Assembly (NCBI GenBank): GCA_016186485.1
Contig: JACPLN010000007.1
Location: forward strand, 33,603-97,602
DNA from: Candidatus Nealsonbacteria bacterium
GTDB lineage: Bacteria; Patescibacteriota; Minisyncoccia; Minisyncoccales; UBA6532
Direction: 5' to 3'
DNA length: 64,000 bases
This document shows positions 34,730-44,034 of this stretch, one piece after another. The notes under the pieces were generated by a model that saw only the letters and a list, made by a program, of their open reading frames with translations, was not told the DNA's origin and did not search any database. Positions within the stretch are counted from its first letter, which is position 1. Each line of letters starts with the position of its first letter. A program made the position numbers and the translations under genes.

Positions 34730-35683
34730 ATGATTGACCTTGCAAAAAAGAAAATTTTGCTGACGGGGGCTCAGGGATTTTTGGGAAAGCATTTAGTCAA
34801 GAATCTTTTGGAGAAAAGAAAACTCCCAAAAGAAAATTTATTTTTGCCGAGTTTTGAAGAACTTGATTTGAGAAAATGGGAAGATTGCCAAAGAGCTGTT
34901 CTTGGGCAGGATATGGTTATTCATCTGGCAGCAATGGTTGGAGGAATAGGCCTGAATAAGGAAAGGCCGGGCGAACTTTTTTATAACAACATCGTAATGG
35001 GAGCCCATCTTATGGAGGCAGCAAGGCAGGCCAAAGTAGAGAAATTCGTGGCAATCGGGACGGTTTGCGCCTACCCAAAGCTTACTCCGATTCCCTTTAA
35101 AGAGGAAAACCTCTGGGACGGCTATCCGGAAGAAACCAACGCTCCATATGGATTAGCGAAAAAAATGCTTTTGGTTCAGGCCCAGGCATATCGCAAGCAA
35201 TACGGATTCAACGCTATTTACTTGCTTCCTGTCAACATGTATGGATCGGGGGACAGCTTTGAACCCCAAAAGTCCCACGTGATCTCCGCCCTTATTAGAA
35301 AAATATATGAAGCTAAGAGAGACGGCAAAAACCATATTGAGGCCTGGGGAACGGGGAGCGCAACCAGGGAGTTCCTTTATGTGGAAGACGGGGCAGAAGG
35401 AATTATTTTGGCTGCCGAAAGGTACGATAAGCAAGACCCCATTAATCTGGGCTCCTCAATAGAAATTTCAATCAAGGATCTGGCGGAAAAAATTTGCAAA
35501 CTAATGGGCTTTAAAGGAGAAATCAGATGGGATAAAAGCAAGCCAGATGGTCAGCCAAGGCGCAAACTTGACGTTTCCAGAGCAAAAAAAGAATTCGGTT
35601 TTACAGCCAGCATTCCCTTTGACGAGGGCCTTAAAAAAACAATAGATTGGTTCTCGGCAAACGCTAAAGAAATCTGCGAATAA
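34730..35683 (+). CDS. fcl: GDP-L-fucose synthase (GDP-4-keto-6-deoxymannose 3,5-epimerase/4-reductase)
   Basis: Directly follows gmd. GTVCAYP (Cys109 equivalent), YGLAK (YxxxK), KSHVISALIRK (His179 equivalent), SKPDGQPRRKLD. Confidence 0.85.
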   Translation: MIDLAKKKILLTGAQGFLGKHLVKNLLEKRKLPKENLFLPSFEELDLRKWEDCQRAVLGQDMVIHLAAMVGGIGLNKERPGELFYNNIVMGAHLMEAARQAKVEKFVAIGTVCAYPKLTPIPFKEENLWDGYPEETNAPYGLAKKMLLVQAQAYRKQYGFNAIYLLPVNMYGSGDSFEPQKSHVISALIRKIYEAKRDGKNHIEAWGTGSATREFLYVEDGAEGIILAAERYDKQDPINLGSSIEISIKDLAEKICKLMGFKGEIRWDKSKPDGQPRRKLDVSRAKKEFGFTASIPFDEGLKKTIDWFSANAKEICE

Positions 35684-35695
35684 AACAAAAATAAA

Positions 35696-36349
35696 ATGAA
35701 AGTATCCGTACTTATTCCGACTTTTAACGAAGTAAATAATATCGGAAAGGTTCTTGATGAAATTCCGAAAGATTCGGTTAGCGAAGTGCTTATTATAGAC
35801 GGCCATTCTAATGATGGCACCGTTGAGATGGTAAAGAAGTTAGGCTACCCCGTTATTTTTCAGAAGAATAAAGGTTTTGGTTCGGCTGTTTCAGAGGGGA
35901 TGCAGGCTATCGGGGGCGAAGTGGCGGTTTTGATTAATGGGGATTACTCTCAAAACCCAAAAGATATTCCCTTGCTTTTAAAAAAGATTGAAGAGGGGTA
36001 TGACTTTGTAATGGCTTCAAGGTATCTGCCAGGATCCGGTTCCGCTGACGACACCGTCTTGCATTATTTGGGGAACAGGCTATTTACGCATCTTTGCAAC
36101 TTTATTCACGGTTCCCATTATTCCGATACTCTTTATTTCTTTTTTGCCGTAAAGAAACGCGTTTTTGAAAAAATAAAAGTAGAGTCTCCCGGGTTTGAAT
36201 ATTGCATGGAGCTGCCTATTAAAATTCATAAAGCGGGTTTTAAGATCGCCCAGATCCCTTCTTTTGAAAGAAAAAGGACCACGGGCCAGGCAAAGGTTAA
36301 AGCTTTCAGCGACGGATGGAAAATTCTTAAAGCGATATTCAAGCACTAG
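35696..36349 (+). CDS. GT2 glycosyltransferase, polyprenyl-phosphate-sugar synthase-like
   Basis: VSVLIPTFNEVNNI, IIDGHSNDGT, INGDYSQNP. Confidence 0.75.
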   Translation: MKVSVLIPTFNEVNNIGKVLDEIPKDSVSEVLIIDGHSNDGTVEMVKKLGYPVIFQKNKGFGSAVSEGMQAIGGEVAVLINGDYSQNPKDIPLLLKKIEEGYDFVMASRYLPGSGSADDTVLHYLGNRLFTHLCNFIHGSHYSDTLYFFFAVKKRVFEKIKVESPGFEYCMELPIKIHKAGFKIAQIPSFERKRTTGQAKVKAFSDGWKILKAIFKH

Positions 36350-36350
36350 C

Positions 36351-37196
36351 ATGACTTTAGCTGTTTTTTTGGATAATCTCTTTTCTTTTTTAACCGAAAA
36401 CCGCTTATCAAGAATGTTTTTAAGGTTTTTGCAGGGCCTGGTGAGGTTTCCCAAAGACGTTGGAATTAGGATTGAAAACAATGTTTTCTATGCCAGAACT
36501 CTTGATAGGGTCGTTGCCTTGTATCTAAGGAAGTTTTTTTTCTCCAAGTCCTTTGAGGCAAATCTTTTTAGGTCGGTTTTAAGGCAGGGAATGCGGGTTA
36601 TTGATGTCGGGGCAAATTTCGGGTATTACACCGTTGTTTCAGCGGATTTTATTGGCAGGGAGGGCAGGGTGTTTGCTTTTGAACCGGATCCAGGAAACTT
36701 CTCTTTGCTTTTGAAGAATATAGATGTTAATGGATGCGAAAATGTTGAAGCTTTAAATTTAGCGATTTCAGATAAACCTGGCAAAACCACGCTTTTTTTG
36801 TCAAAAGAACATCATGGCGACCACAGGATTTATGACAACCACGAGGGTAGAAAGGCAATAAACGTTGAAGCTACAGCCCTGGACATTTTTTTTGATAAAA
36901 ATCCAAAAGCGGATATAATAAAAGTAGACGTTCAGGGGGCCGAGGCCAAAGTTTTTAGCGGCATGAAAATGCTGATAGAGAAAAATCCCCAAGTTCTTGT
37001 TTTCACCGAATTTTGGCCAAAGGGGTTAAGGCAAGCCGGGGTTTCCCCAAAAGACTTTTTGAACCAAATACAGGATTTGGGCTTTTCAATAAGCATTATT
37101 GACGAAGCGGCAAAATCCCTGAAAACCTCTACGATTGACGGCGTTCTTAAAGCAAGCGAGAAAGCCCCATATCTTAATTTATTTTTAAAGAAGTAA
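36351..37196 (+). CDS. FkbM-family methyltransferase
   Basis: VIDVGANFGYYTV, VFAFEPDPGNFSLLLKNI, IIKVDVQGAE. Track ORF 36195 is a 5' extension overlapping the previous gene; the ATG at 36351 follows its stop by 1 nt. Confidence 0.8.
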   Translation: MTLAVFLDNLFSFLTENRLSRMFLRFLQGLVRFPKDVGIRIENNVFYARTLDRVVALYLRKFFFSKSFEANLFRSVLRQGMRVIDVGANFGYYTVVSADFIGREGRVFAFEPDPGNFSLLLKNIDVNGCENVEALNLAISDKPGKTTLFLSKEHHGDHRIYDNHEGRKAINVEATALDIFFDKNPKADIIKVDVQGAEAKVFSGMKMLIEKNPQVLVFTEFWPKGLRQAGVSPKDFLNQIQDLGFSISIIDEAAKSLKTSTIDGVLKASEKAPYLNLFLKK

Positions 37197-37204
37197 TACC
37201 AAAA

Positions 37205-37582
37205 ATGCCTCTTAGGTTTTTATTAATATTTCTTTCCGTTTTGGTTACGGTTACTGCCCAGCTTTTTATCAAAATGGGAGTTGTATCGCTGGGAAAGTTT
37301 TCTATTTCCTTTGGCAGTCTTCCGGACTTGATTTTAAGGGTGTTGCAGAATATTTGGATAATGGGTGGCCTAATTCTGTTTGGATTAAGTTTTGCATTGT
37401 GGATTTTAATATTGTCCAGACTCCAGTTGAATGTTATTTATCCCGTAATAGTAAGCCTTAATTTTTCCCTGATAGCGATAGTCTCCTGGTTCTTATTCAA
37501 AGAATATCTGTCTTTGGTCCAGGTTTTAGGAATCATCATTATCATTTTTGGCGTATTTTTGGTTTTACCAAAGGGAGTATAG
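37205..37582 (+). CDS. Small 4-TM SMR/EamA-like membrane protein (ArnE/ArnF-like polyprenyl-P-sugar flippase candidate)
   Basis: 125 aa with four hydrophobic segments. Lies between a GT2/methyltransferase pair and GT-C-like membrane proteins. Confidence 0.55.
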   Translation: MPLRFLLIFLSVLVTVTAQLFIKMGVVSLGKFSISFGSLPDLILRVLQNIWIMGGLILFGLSFALWILILSRLQLNVIYPVIVSLNFSLIAIVSWFLFKEYLSLVQVLGIIIIIFGVFLVLPKGV

Positions 37583-37583
37583 T

Positions 37584-38849
37584 ATGAAAAAGAGATTTTA
37601 TATCCCTCTTTTAATCTCCTTTTCTCTTTTGCAATTTGTTTCCGGTCTTTTTTATCCGGTTTCGCTCTCCAACCCGGATTGGTATCCTTTAACGTCTTAT
37701 CTGCAGAATGAAAAAATCATTTTGCCTTTTTCATCCGACTACCGTTTCCTTGAAGACGGCTGGGGATACCTGGAATCAGCCAGGAATTTTCCGGAAGAGC
37801 TTGGAAAACGCTTTACCGTTAATCGTCCGCTCTATCCGTTTTTTATTTTCCTTGCTTCCCTGCCTTTCTCTTTTTTTGGCTCTCCGTCACCCGGTCTGAT
37901 TTTTAGCCTGGCTATAGCGATTAATCTTGTTTTGTTGTGCCTCGCGTCTATTTTGTTTTATTCCCTTCTAAAGAACCTGTTTTCTTCAAGGGTGGCGCTG
38001 CTTTCTTCTTTCCTTTTTATTTTTTCTCCTTTTGTCCATACTCTTTTAGTTCAGCCATTAGCCGAAATCTTAATGGCTTTTTTAGCAGTGATTTTTGCCT
38101 GTTTTATTTATGATTATTTCAAGAAACCCTCTCTTTTAAAATTGATAACTTATTCTTTGATAGTCGGAATTCTTTTATTGGGCAAGGTTTTTTTTGCCTT
38201 TTCTCTTTTTGTTGTTTTCTTAGCCCTTTATTTCAGGCGCTATAAAGAAGGAGCTATTTTTACCATTGTTCATTTGATCCCTTTAGCGCTTTGGTATTTA
38301 TTGGTTACGCGGATTTGGCAAATTCCTTACCAGACAGCCGAAGTAGGGCATTGGGGAATGGGTGTTTGGATTCTTGAAATACTCAGTTCGCCGCGGCTTG
38401 AAACAGCCAAAGCCTTTTTGAGGTCCGTCCCTTATTTCCTAACCGCTTTATTTTATGGTTTCTTCATTATCCCTGTTGTTTTTTCTTTTTTTGGCCTTCA
38501 AAGATTTCCATTTAGATCAAGAAAAATAATTTATTTTTGTTCAATTGTTTCGGTTTTCATTCTCGGTTTTGTAGCGAATGTCTATGCCTATCGCCATGCC
38601 TTTTTGGTTTTCCCGGTTATTTACCCTGCCGCGGTCTTAGGAATGGAAAGGGCAGGAGCTTTTTTTGGCAAAGATAAAAAATGGCTGCGGTCTTTGTTTT
38701 TGGCGGTTATAATCGGTGTTTTGGTTTTCGCTTCAAACATCAATTTCTCAAAGATTTTCGGATTTAACTATTACGGCCTGGTTCATTGGACCCAGTGGCC
38801 ATTGCCGGGTTTTTTGGAAAATATCTTTAAATCGTTAAACGGCTATTAA
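37584..38849 (+). CDS. Polytopic membrane protein, paralog B of the uncharacterised GT-C-like family
   Basis: AAGGGAG RBS. Full-length similarity to the 30749 product (see that entry). Confidence 0.5.
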   Translation: MKKRFYIPLLISFSLLQFVSGLFYPVSLSNPDWYPLTSYLQNEKIILPFSSDYRFLEDGWGYLESARNFPEELGKRFTVNRPLYPFFIFLASLPFSFFGSPSPGLIFSLAIAINLVLLCLASILFYSLLKNLFSSRVALLSSFLFIFSPFVHTLLVQPLAEILMAFLAVIFACFIYDYFKKPSLLKLITYSLIVGILLLGKVFFAFSLFVVFLALYFRRYKEGAIFTIVHLIPLALWYLLVTRIWQIPYQTAEVGHWGMGVWILEILSSPRLETAKAFLRSVPYFLTALFYGFFIIPVVFSFFGLQRFPFRSRKIIYFCSIVSVFILGFVANVYAYRHAFLVFPVIYPAAVLGMERAGAFFGKDKKWLRSLFLAVIIGVLVFASNINFSKIFGFNYYGLVHWTQWPLPGFLENIFKSLNGY

Positions 38850-38859
38850 TTTTACAAAT

Positions 38860-40584
38860 ATGACAAGGGCCTTGGAGATTATAAAAAACCATAAAGCAGC
38901 TTTTATCTTAGCCGTTTTGACCGGCATTATCGTAGCTTCCCCCCAGATTTATTTTCCTTATGAAAATAGAGAAACCTACAAAGGAATTTTCTATACCTGC
39001 ACCGATAACGAGTCTTTTTATTTCAGCAGAGTCCGGGAGGTAAAAGATGGCTATCCTGGGTTGGGCAGCGCGATTTTCCAGGACGGGAAAGAAGATCCCT
39101 ATTTGCAGTCCCCGTTTGGAGAGATTTTAACAGGATTCTTGGGGAAGATTTTATTTTTAGGGATAAACAATACTATTTTATTAGCCAGGTTTCTTTTTCC
39201 TTTTTTGGTCTTTTTGCTGCTATACGGTTTTGTTTTCTCTTTTACAAAAAGGAGGTTATTCGCCCTATCTGCTTCCTCGGCCCTTCTTCTTGGCAACAGC
39301 CTTTTTACCCGTCATGTTATCCCGACTTTATTGCGGGGAGAAGCTTTGGGCACCACCTTTTTGGACTTTTTTCGTCCGGTTCAGCCCCAGACAAATCTTC
39401 TTTTTTTCTTCGCTTTCCTTTTCTTTTTCTGGCTGTTTTTTGAAAAAAAGCAGTGGCGGTGGGGAGGCGTTAGCGCCTTGATATTTGGCCTTTCTTTTTA
39501 CGTTTACCCCTATACCTGGACTTTTCTTTCCGCTTTTTTGGGGGTTTTGATAATCATCCTTTTCTTCAAAAGGAGGCTTCGGGACGCAAAGAAAATAGCT
39601 CTTATGGCTTTGACCGGAATAATTATCGCCATTCCATATTTTTTAAACTTATACCGGGCTCTTTTGCACCCCTATTTCACAGACGCCACGAGGAGGTTTG
39701 GCATAATTGAGGGCCGCCCGCTGATTATTGGATTTTTGCTGCCCGCGCTTTTCATTATTTTTTTGCTATTCTTTCCGAAAAAATGGAAAGAACAATTTGT
39801 CTTTTCTTTAGCCCTGCTTTTATCCCCGTTTTTGGTTTTGAACCAGCAGCTGATAACCGGTAAGACCATGGCTACCGGCCACTATCATTGGTTTATCAGC
39901 CGCCCAATAGCCCTTGTTTTTTTGATAATTATTCTTTTCTATCAGGCAGGGCGCATAAATGCAAAAATACCGAAAATATTAGCGGTTTTTATAATCGGAA
40001 TGAGTATTTATGCCGGCATAAACATTCAGGCCGCTTCCTATGAGGAATGCAAAGATCAAATTCTAAGCGAGCAAAGATATGCTCCAATTATCCAATGGTT
40101 AGATAAAAACGCCAATAAGGGGGAAGTAGTTCTTGCAGATTCCGACCCTTCAAACTTTATTTCCATATACACACCATTAAATCTTTTTTACGCTTCTCCT
40201 GCCCATTATTATCTTTCGGCCCCAGATGAAAGGGTGCTTGAAAGCATATTTTTATTTTATAGGCTGGAGGGGCTGGCGGGGAGAGAAGCTAAAGAATTTT
40301 TCCTGCAAGATAAAGAGAGAGAGTATATTTCAAGAAGCGTTTACAATGAATATTATAAGGAAAAGCTGGGCGATACGGCAGCCATTCCCGATGAGGTTAT
40401 CATTTCTTTCGCTGAAAAATATAAGAAGTTTTTGCTGGTTCCATTAGAAAAAATCCTTAAAAGGTACAAAGTAAATTATGTGGTTTGGGATAAGAAAAAA
40501 CACCCTTTTTGGCAACTGGACCAATACCAATTCTTAAAGCCAGCTTACGAGATTGAAGACTTCAAAATTTATATCATTAAATGA
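38860..40584 (+). CDS. Large polytopic membrane protein with soluble C-terminal domain (GT-C-like)
   Basis: N-terminal TM then acidic loop CTDNESFYFSRVREV. At least 10 TM, then a roughly 170-aa hydrophilic tail. Confidence 0.45.
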   Translation: MTRALEIIKNHKAAFILAVLTGIIVASPQIYFPYENRETYKGIFYTCTDNESFYFSRVREVKDGYPGLGSAIFQDGKEDPYLQSPFGEILTGFLGKILFLGINNTILLARFLFPFLVFLLLYGFVFSFTKRRLFALSASSALLLGNSLFTRHVIPTLLRGEALGTTFLDFFRPVQPQTNLLFFFAFLFFFWLFFEKKQWRWGGVSALIFGLSFYVYPYTWTFLSAFLGVLIIILFFKRRLRDAKKIALMALTGIIIAIPYFLNLYRALLHPYFTDATRRFGIIEGRPLIIGFLLPALFIIFLLFFPKKWKEQFVFSLALLLSPFLVLNQQLITGKTMATGHYHWFISRPIALVFLIIILFYQAGRINAKIPKILAVFIIGMSIYAGINIQAASYEECKDQILSEQRYAPIIQWLDKNANKGEVVLADSDPSNFISIYTPLNLFYASPAHYYLSAPDERVLESIFLFYRLEGLAGREAKEFFLQDKEREYISRSVYNEYYKEKLGDTAAIPDEVIISFAEKYKKFLLVPLEKILKRYKVNYVVWDKKKHPFWQLDQYQFLKPAYEIEDFKIYIIK

Positions 40585-41669
40585 AGAAAATTTTAATTAT
40601 TACCAATAATTTAGAGGGGAGGGATGGATGGAGCAGGGTGTCTTTGGATTTTAGCGAAGAACTTAAAAGACAGGGGAACGAAATTTTATACCTGACCTCA
40701 AAGGAAATAGGGGAACCCTCAAAATATTTTTCTAACCCTCTTTCCCCCTTTTTTGCAGCAAAGATAATAGAAAAAGCAGTTTCTGGGTTTTCTCCCGACG
40801 TAATTCATTTTATGGTAGAGCCCTATGCCCTTTGCCTGCCATTTTTAAAAACAGGTGGAGCAAAAGTTTTCTTAACCGTCCACGGAACCTATTCTGTCAT
40901 CCCGGCCCTTTTCGGTTTTTCTTTTAGAAAAGCTATTCTAAGCTATCTTTCAAAAAAATATCTCAATAGGCTTGATGGCATTGTTGCCGTAAGCAATTAC
41001 ACTAAAAATCATCTCTTAAAATATTATCCGGATTTAAGGGATAAGGTTAGGGTGATAACCAACGGGATAGACCTTAAAAAGCACAAACCAATTGATTACG
41101 ACCAGAAACAAAAAAATCAAATCAAAAAAGTGCTTTTTGTCGGAGAGGTTAAAAAAAGGAAGGGGATCCTGGAGGCAATGGAAGCCCTTAATTATTACAG
41201 AAAGGAATTTTCAGACAATTTTATTTATGATATAGTGGGCAAGGCAAGGGAAGAGGATGAATACCGCAAAGATATTTTAAGAAAGGCAAAGGAGTATGGT
41301 TTGGAAAATAAGGTGTTTTTCCGGGGCGAGGCGTCGGATGAATCGCTGGAAGATTATTATCTAAGGTCAGATCTGCTGCTAATGACCTCTTTAAACACCG
41401 GCAATTATTTTGAGGGGTTTGGACTGGTATTTTTGGAAGCGGCTGCCAAGGGAACTCCTGGCATAGGATCCAGGGATTCGGGGTGCCAGGAAGCTATTTT
41501 AGACGGTAAAACCGGATATTTAGCGGAGTGGAGAGATCCGAAAGACATCGCAGAGAAAATGGATTTAATTTTAAATAAAAACGCAATTCAGCCAAAAATC
41601 TGCGTTGAATGGGCGAAACAAAACGATATTAGCATAAAAGCAAAAGAACTTATTAATTTATATGAATGA
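40581..41669 (+). CDS. Glycosyltransferase, GT4 family
   Basis: FVGEVKKRKG; FEGFGLVFLEAAAKGTPGIGSRDSGCQEAILDGKTGYL. Confidence 0.85.
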   Translation: MKKILIITNNLEGRDGWSRVSLDFSEELKRQGNEILYLTSKEIGEPSKYFSNPLSPFFAAKIIEKAVSGFSPDVIHFMVEPYALCLPFLKTGGAKVFLTVHGTYSVIPALFGFSFRKAILSYLSKKYLNRLDGIVAVSNYTKNHLLKYYPDLRDKVRVITNGIDLKKHKPIDYDQKQKNQIKKVLFVGEVKKRKGILEAMEALNYYRKEFSDNFIYDIVGKAREEDEYRKDILRKAKEYGLENKVFFRGEASDESLEDYYLRSDLLLMTSLNTGNYFEGFGLVFLEAAAKGTPGIGSRDSGCQEAILDGKTGYLAEWRDPKDIAEKMDLILNKNAIQPKICVEWAKQNDISIKAKELINLYE

Positions 41670-42504
41670 AGAAAAAAAGCCGCAAAGGCAGGAAGAAATC
41701 AAAGAATTTTATCGGCATTTTGGAGACGATATTTCAGATAAGAGGCTTGATTCTCCCTATCCTTTAAGGAAATTCTGCCACAGGATGCGCTATCTGAATC
41801 ATTTAAGCCATATTAAGGCTTCGGATAAGATTCTGGAACTGGGATGCGGAGAAGGAATTTTCACCGTTCTGGCGGCGAAAAAGGGGGCAAGAGTTGTAGC
41901 CACGGATATTTCCAGGCCTAACCTGGAAAAATCTCGGATGCTGGCGCAGAAAGAAAGCGTTTTAGACAGGATAGAATTTATGGAAGCAGACATTGAAAAC
42001 CTGCCATTCAAAGATAACTCTTTTGATTTGGTGGTAGCTTCCCATGTTTTGGAGCATATTCCCAATTTTGAGAAAGGTTTGTCTGAGATTTATAGAGTAA
42101 CTAAAGACAAGGCCCTAATCGCTCTTCCTACTTGTTTAGGCCCTTGCGCCTGGCCCATTTTGGGCAAAAGCTGGTCTGGATATTGGAAGTTTAGCAGGGG
42201 CTCTTTTCCCGCTTTGCTAAGGGGATTTTTTAAAGTTATACTCGGAATCTTGGAGGGAAAAGACGGCATTGAAGAAGGCGGGTACGGAGGGAAAGAGGGC
42301 ATTCCCCACAAATACTATTATCCCTGGGCAATAAAGAAGAAAGTAAAAAAAGCCGGTTTCAAAATCATTCTTTATGAACCCGATTCTCTTTGCCTGCCCT
42401 ACTTGAGTTTTCTAATACCGGTCCTTAGCTTTCTAAACTCTTTTAGGGGAAACCCAATATTTCGCTATTCCGGCCAGTGGAGCCATATGCTTTTGCAAAA
42501 GTAA
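41662..42504 (+). CDS. Class I SAM-dependent methyltransferase
   Basis: ILELGCGEGIF, VVATDIS, FDLVVASHVLEHI. Confidence 0.8.
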   Translation: MNEEKKPQRQEEIKEFYRHFGDDISDKRLDSPYPLRKFCHRMRYLNHLSHIKASDKILELGCGEGIFTVLAAKKGARVVATDISRPNLEKSRMLAQKESVLDRIEFMEADIENLPFKDNSFDLVVASHVLEHIPNFEKGLSEIYRVTKDKALIALPTCLGPCAWPILGKSWSGYWKFSRGSFPALLRGFFKVILGILEGKDGIEEGGYGGKEGIPHKYYYPWAIKKKVKKAGFKIILYEPDSLCLPYLSFLIPVLSFLNSFRGNPIFRYSGQWSHMLLQK

Positions 42505-42505
42505 A

Positions 42506-43486
42506 ATGAAAATCAGTTTTTTAATTCACCATTTGGAAGTAAAAGGAGGAAGCCGAAGAATTATTGAGCTTTCCAACCATCTTATTAACAGAGGGCATGG
42601 GGTTGTCATTTTTTGCGGAGATGGTTCTCCCGTTGATTGGATGAAATGCGAAGCCGAGATTAAGCCCGAAAGAGAGGTTTTGAGTTTTACTCACGAGGTT
42701 CTTGTTTTAGCCAACCGGAATCGTTACCCTTTGTTTAAAAAGGCAAGGGCCTTGTTGAAGGTTTTTTATGTTCTGCTTTTGAATGAAAACGAGAAAAAGT
42801 ACCTTCTGGGCTTTCACCCGACTTTAATCTTGCCGACAAAAAAGTATGCCAAATGGCTTAGGGAAATTTTCAGCGACAAAAAGATTTTAGCGCTTTCAAA
42901 TTCCACCGGCTTAAAGGATGAGCTGGAAAGCTACGGAGTTAATTCGCTTTTGCTTTTGGGCGGTATAAATCGGGAAATGTTTTATCCTATAGACAGACCG
43001 AAAGTCTTTCAGTGGAAGATTTTAACTACCGGAGACCCAGAATGGTGGAAGGGCAAGGATATTGTTGAAAGGGCAGTATCTATTGCGAGGAACATTCAGC
43101 CAGAAATTAGCATTGATACTTATTATGGAAAGGGTATTTCCCAAGAGAAAATGGCGGAGGTTTACAATTCTGCCGATATTTTTGTTGATGCCCAATTGTA
43201 CGGCGGCTGGAATAACCCGGTTGCAGAAGCCATGGCCTGCAGGGTTCCGGTTGTCTGCGCAGATGGCACAAGCGTTAAAGATTTGGCTTTCAATGAAAAG
43301 ACCGCCCTCGTAGTTCCTTCAAAAGACCCCAAAGCTCTGGCAGAGGCGATTCTAAGATTGGGAAAAGACGAAGGGCTAAGGCAGAGATTAATAGACGCCG
43401 CTTTCAATAACGTTATTCAATTCACTTGGGAGAAAAGCGCAGAAAATTTAGAAAAGATTATTAAAGACCGCTTAAATAAATTATGA
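42506..43486 (+). CDS. Glycosyltransferase, GT-B fold (GT4-like)
   Basis: IFVDAQLYGGWNNPVAEAMACRVPVVCADGTSVKDLAFNEKTALVV. Confidence 0.75.
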   Translation: MKISFLIHHLEVKGGSRRIIELSNHLINRGHGVVIFCGDGSPVDWMKCEAEIKPEREVLSFTHEVLVLANRNRYPLFKKARALLKVFYVLLLNENEKKYLLGFHPTLILPTKKYAKWLREIFSDKKILALSNSTGLKDELESYGVNSLLLLGGINREMFYPIDRPKVFQWKILTTGDPEWWKGKDIVERAVSIARNIQPEISIDTYYGKGISQEKMAEVYNSADIFVDAQLYGGWNNPVAEAMACRVPVVCADGTSVKDLAFNEKTALVVPSKDPKALAEAILRLGKDEGLRQRLIDAAFNNVIQFTWEKSAENLEKIIKDRLNKL

Positions 43487-44034
43487 AAACCTATTTATAC
43501 AGATTATGGCGTAAAATACTTAGACTTCTTATAGCGATTCGGGGCGATAGATATGGATTGATGCGTTGGGATGTCTTAATAAAGATTATCCAAGATAATC
43601 ATTACACGAAAATTGCTGAAATCGGCGTTGATAAAGGAGAAACCACCAAACATATTCTTAAAAATTGTAAACTAGATTCTTACTATTTAATTGACCCCAT
43701 CTTTTCAGATTCAGCCAGAAAAATAATCAGAAAACCAGCCGTATTTTTGCAGATGAAATCTGAAGAAGCGGTAAAACAGTTTTTAGATGAATCACTTGAT
43801 TTGGTATTTATAGATGCAGACCATTCCTACGAAGAGGTGAAAAAAGATATAGAGTTTTGGCTTCCTAAAATTCGTAAGGGGGGGGTCTTAACAGGACATG
43901 ATTACGATTACCCAAGACATCCTGACGTCAAAAAAGCGGTTGATGAAGTGCTGGGTAGGGTTGATACGGTCATAATAGAATACAAAAGAGGAACAAATAG
44001 GCACAATAACCTTTTTTACTACAAAAAGAGTTAG
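43483..44034 (+). CDS. Class I SAM-dependent methyltransferase (Methyltransf_24-like)
   Basis: IAEIGVDKGETT, DLVFIDADHSYEEVKKDIEFWLPKIRKGGVLTGHDY. Confidence 0.65.
   Translation: MKTYLYRLWRKILRLLIAIRGDRYGLMRWDVLIKIIQDNHYTKIAEIGVDKGETTKHILKNCKLDSYYLIDPIFSDSARKIIRKPAVFLQMKSEEAVKQFLDESLDLVFIDADHSYEEVKKDIEFWLPKIRKGGVLTGHDYDYPRHPDVKKAVDEVLGRVDTVIIEYKRGTNRHNNLFYYKKS

Noticed and set aside
36195-36350. The long form of the FkbM methyltransferase ORF starting at 36195
   Set aside because: It would overlap the preceding GT2 gene by 155 nt in another frame and would add an Arg/Lys/Ser-rich, non-conserved-looking N-terminus. The ATG at 36351, 1 nt after the GT2 stop, gives a sensible start.
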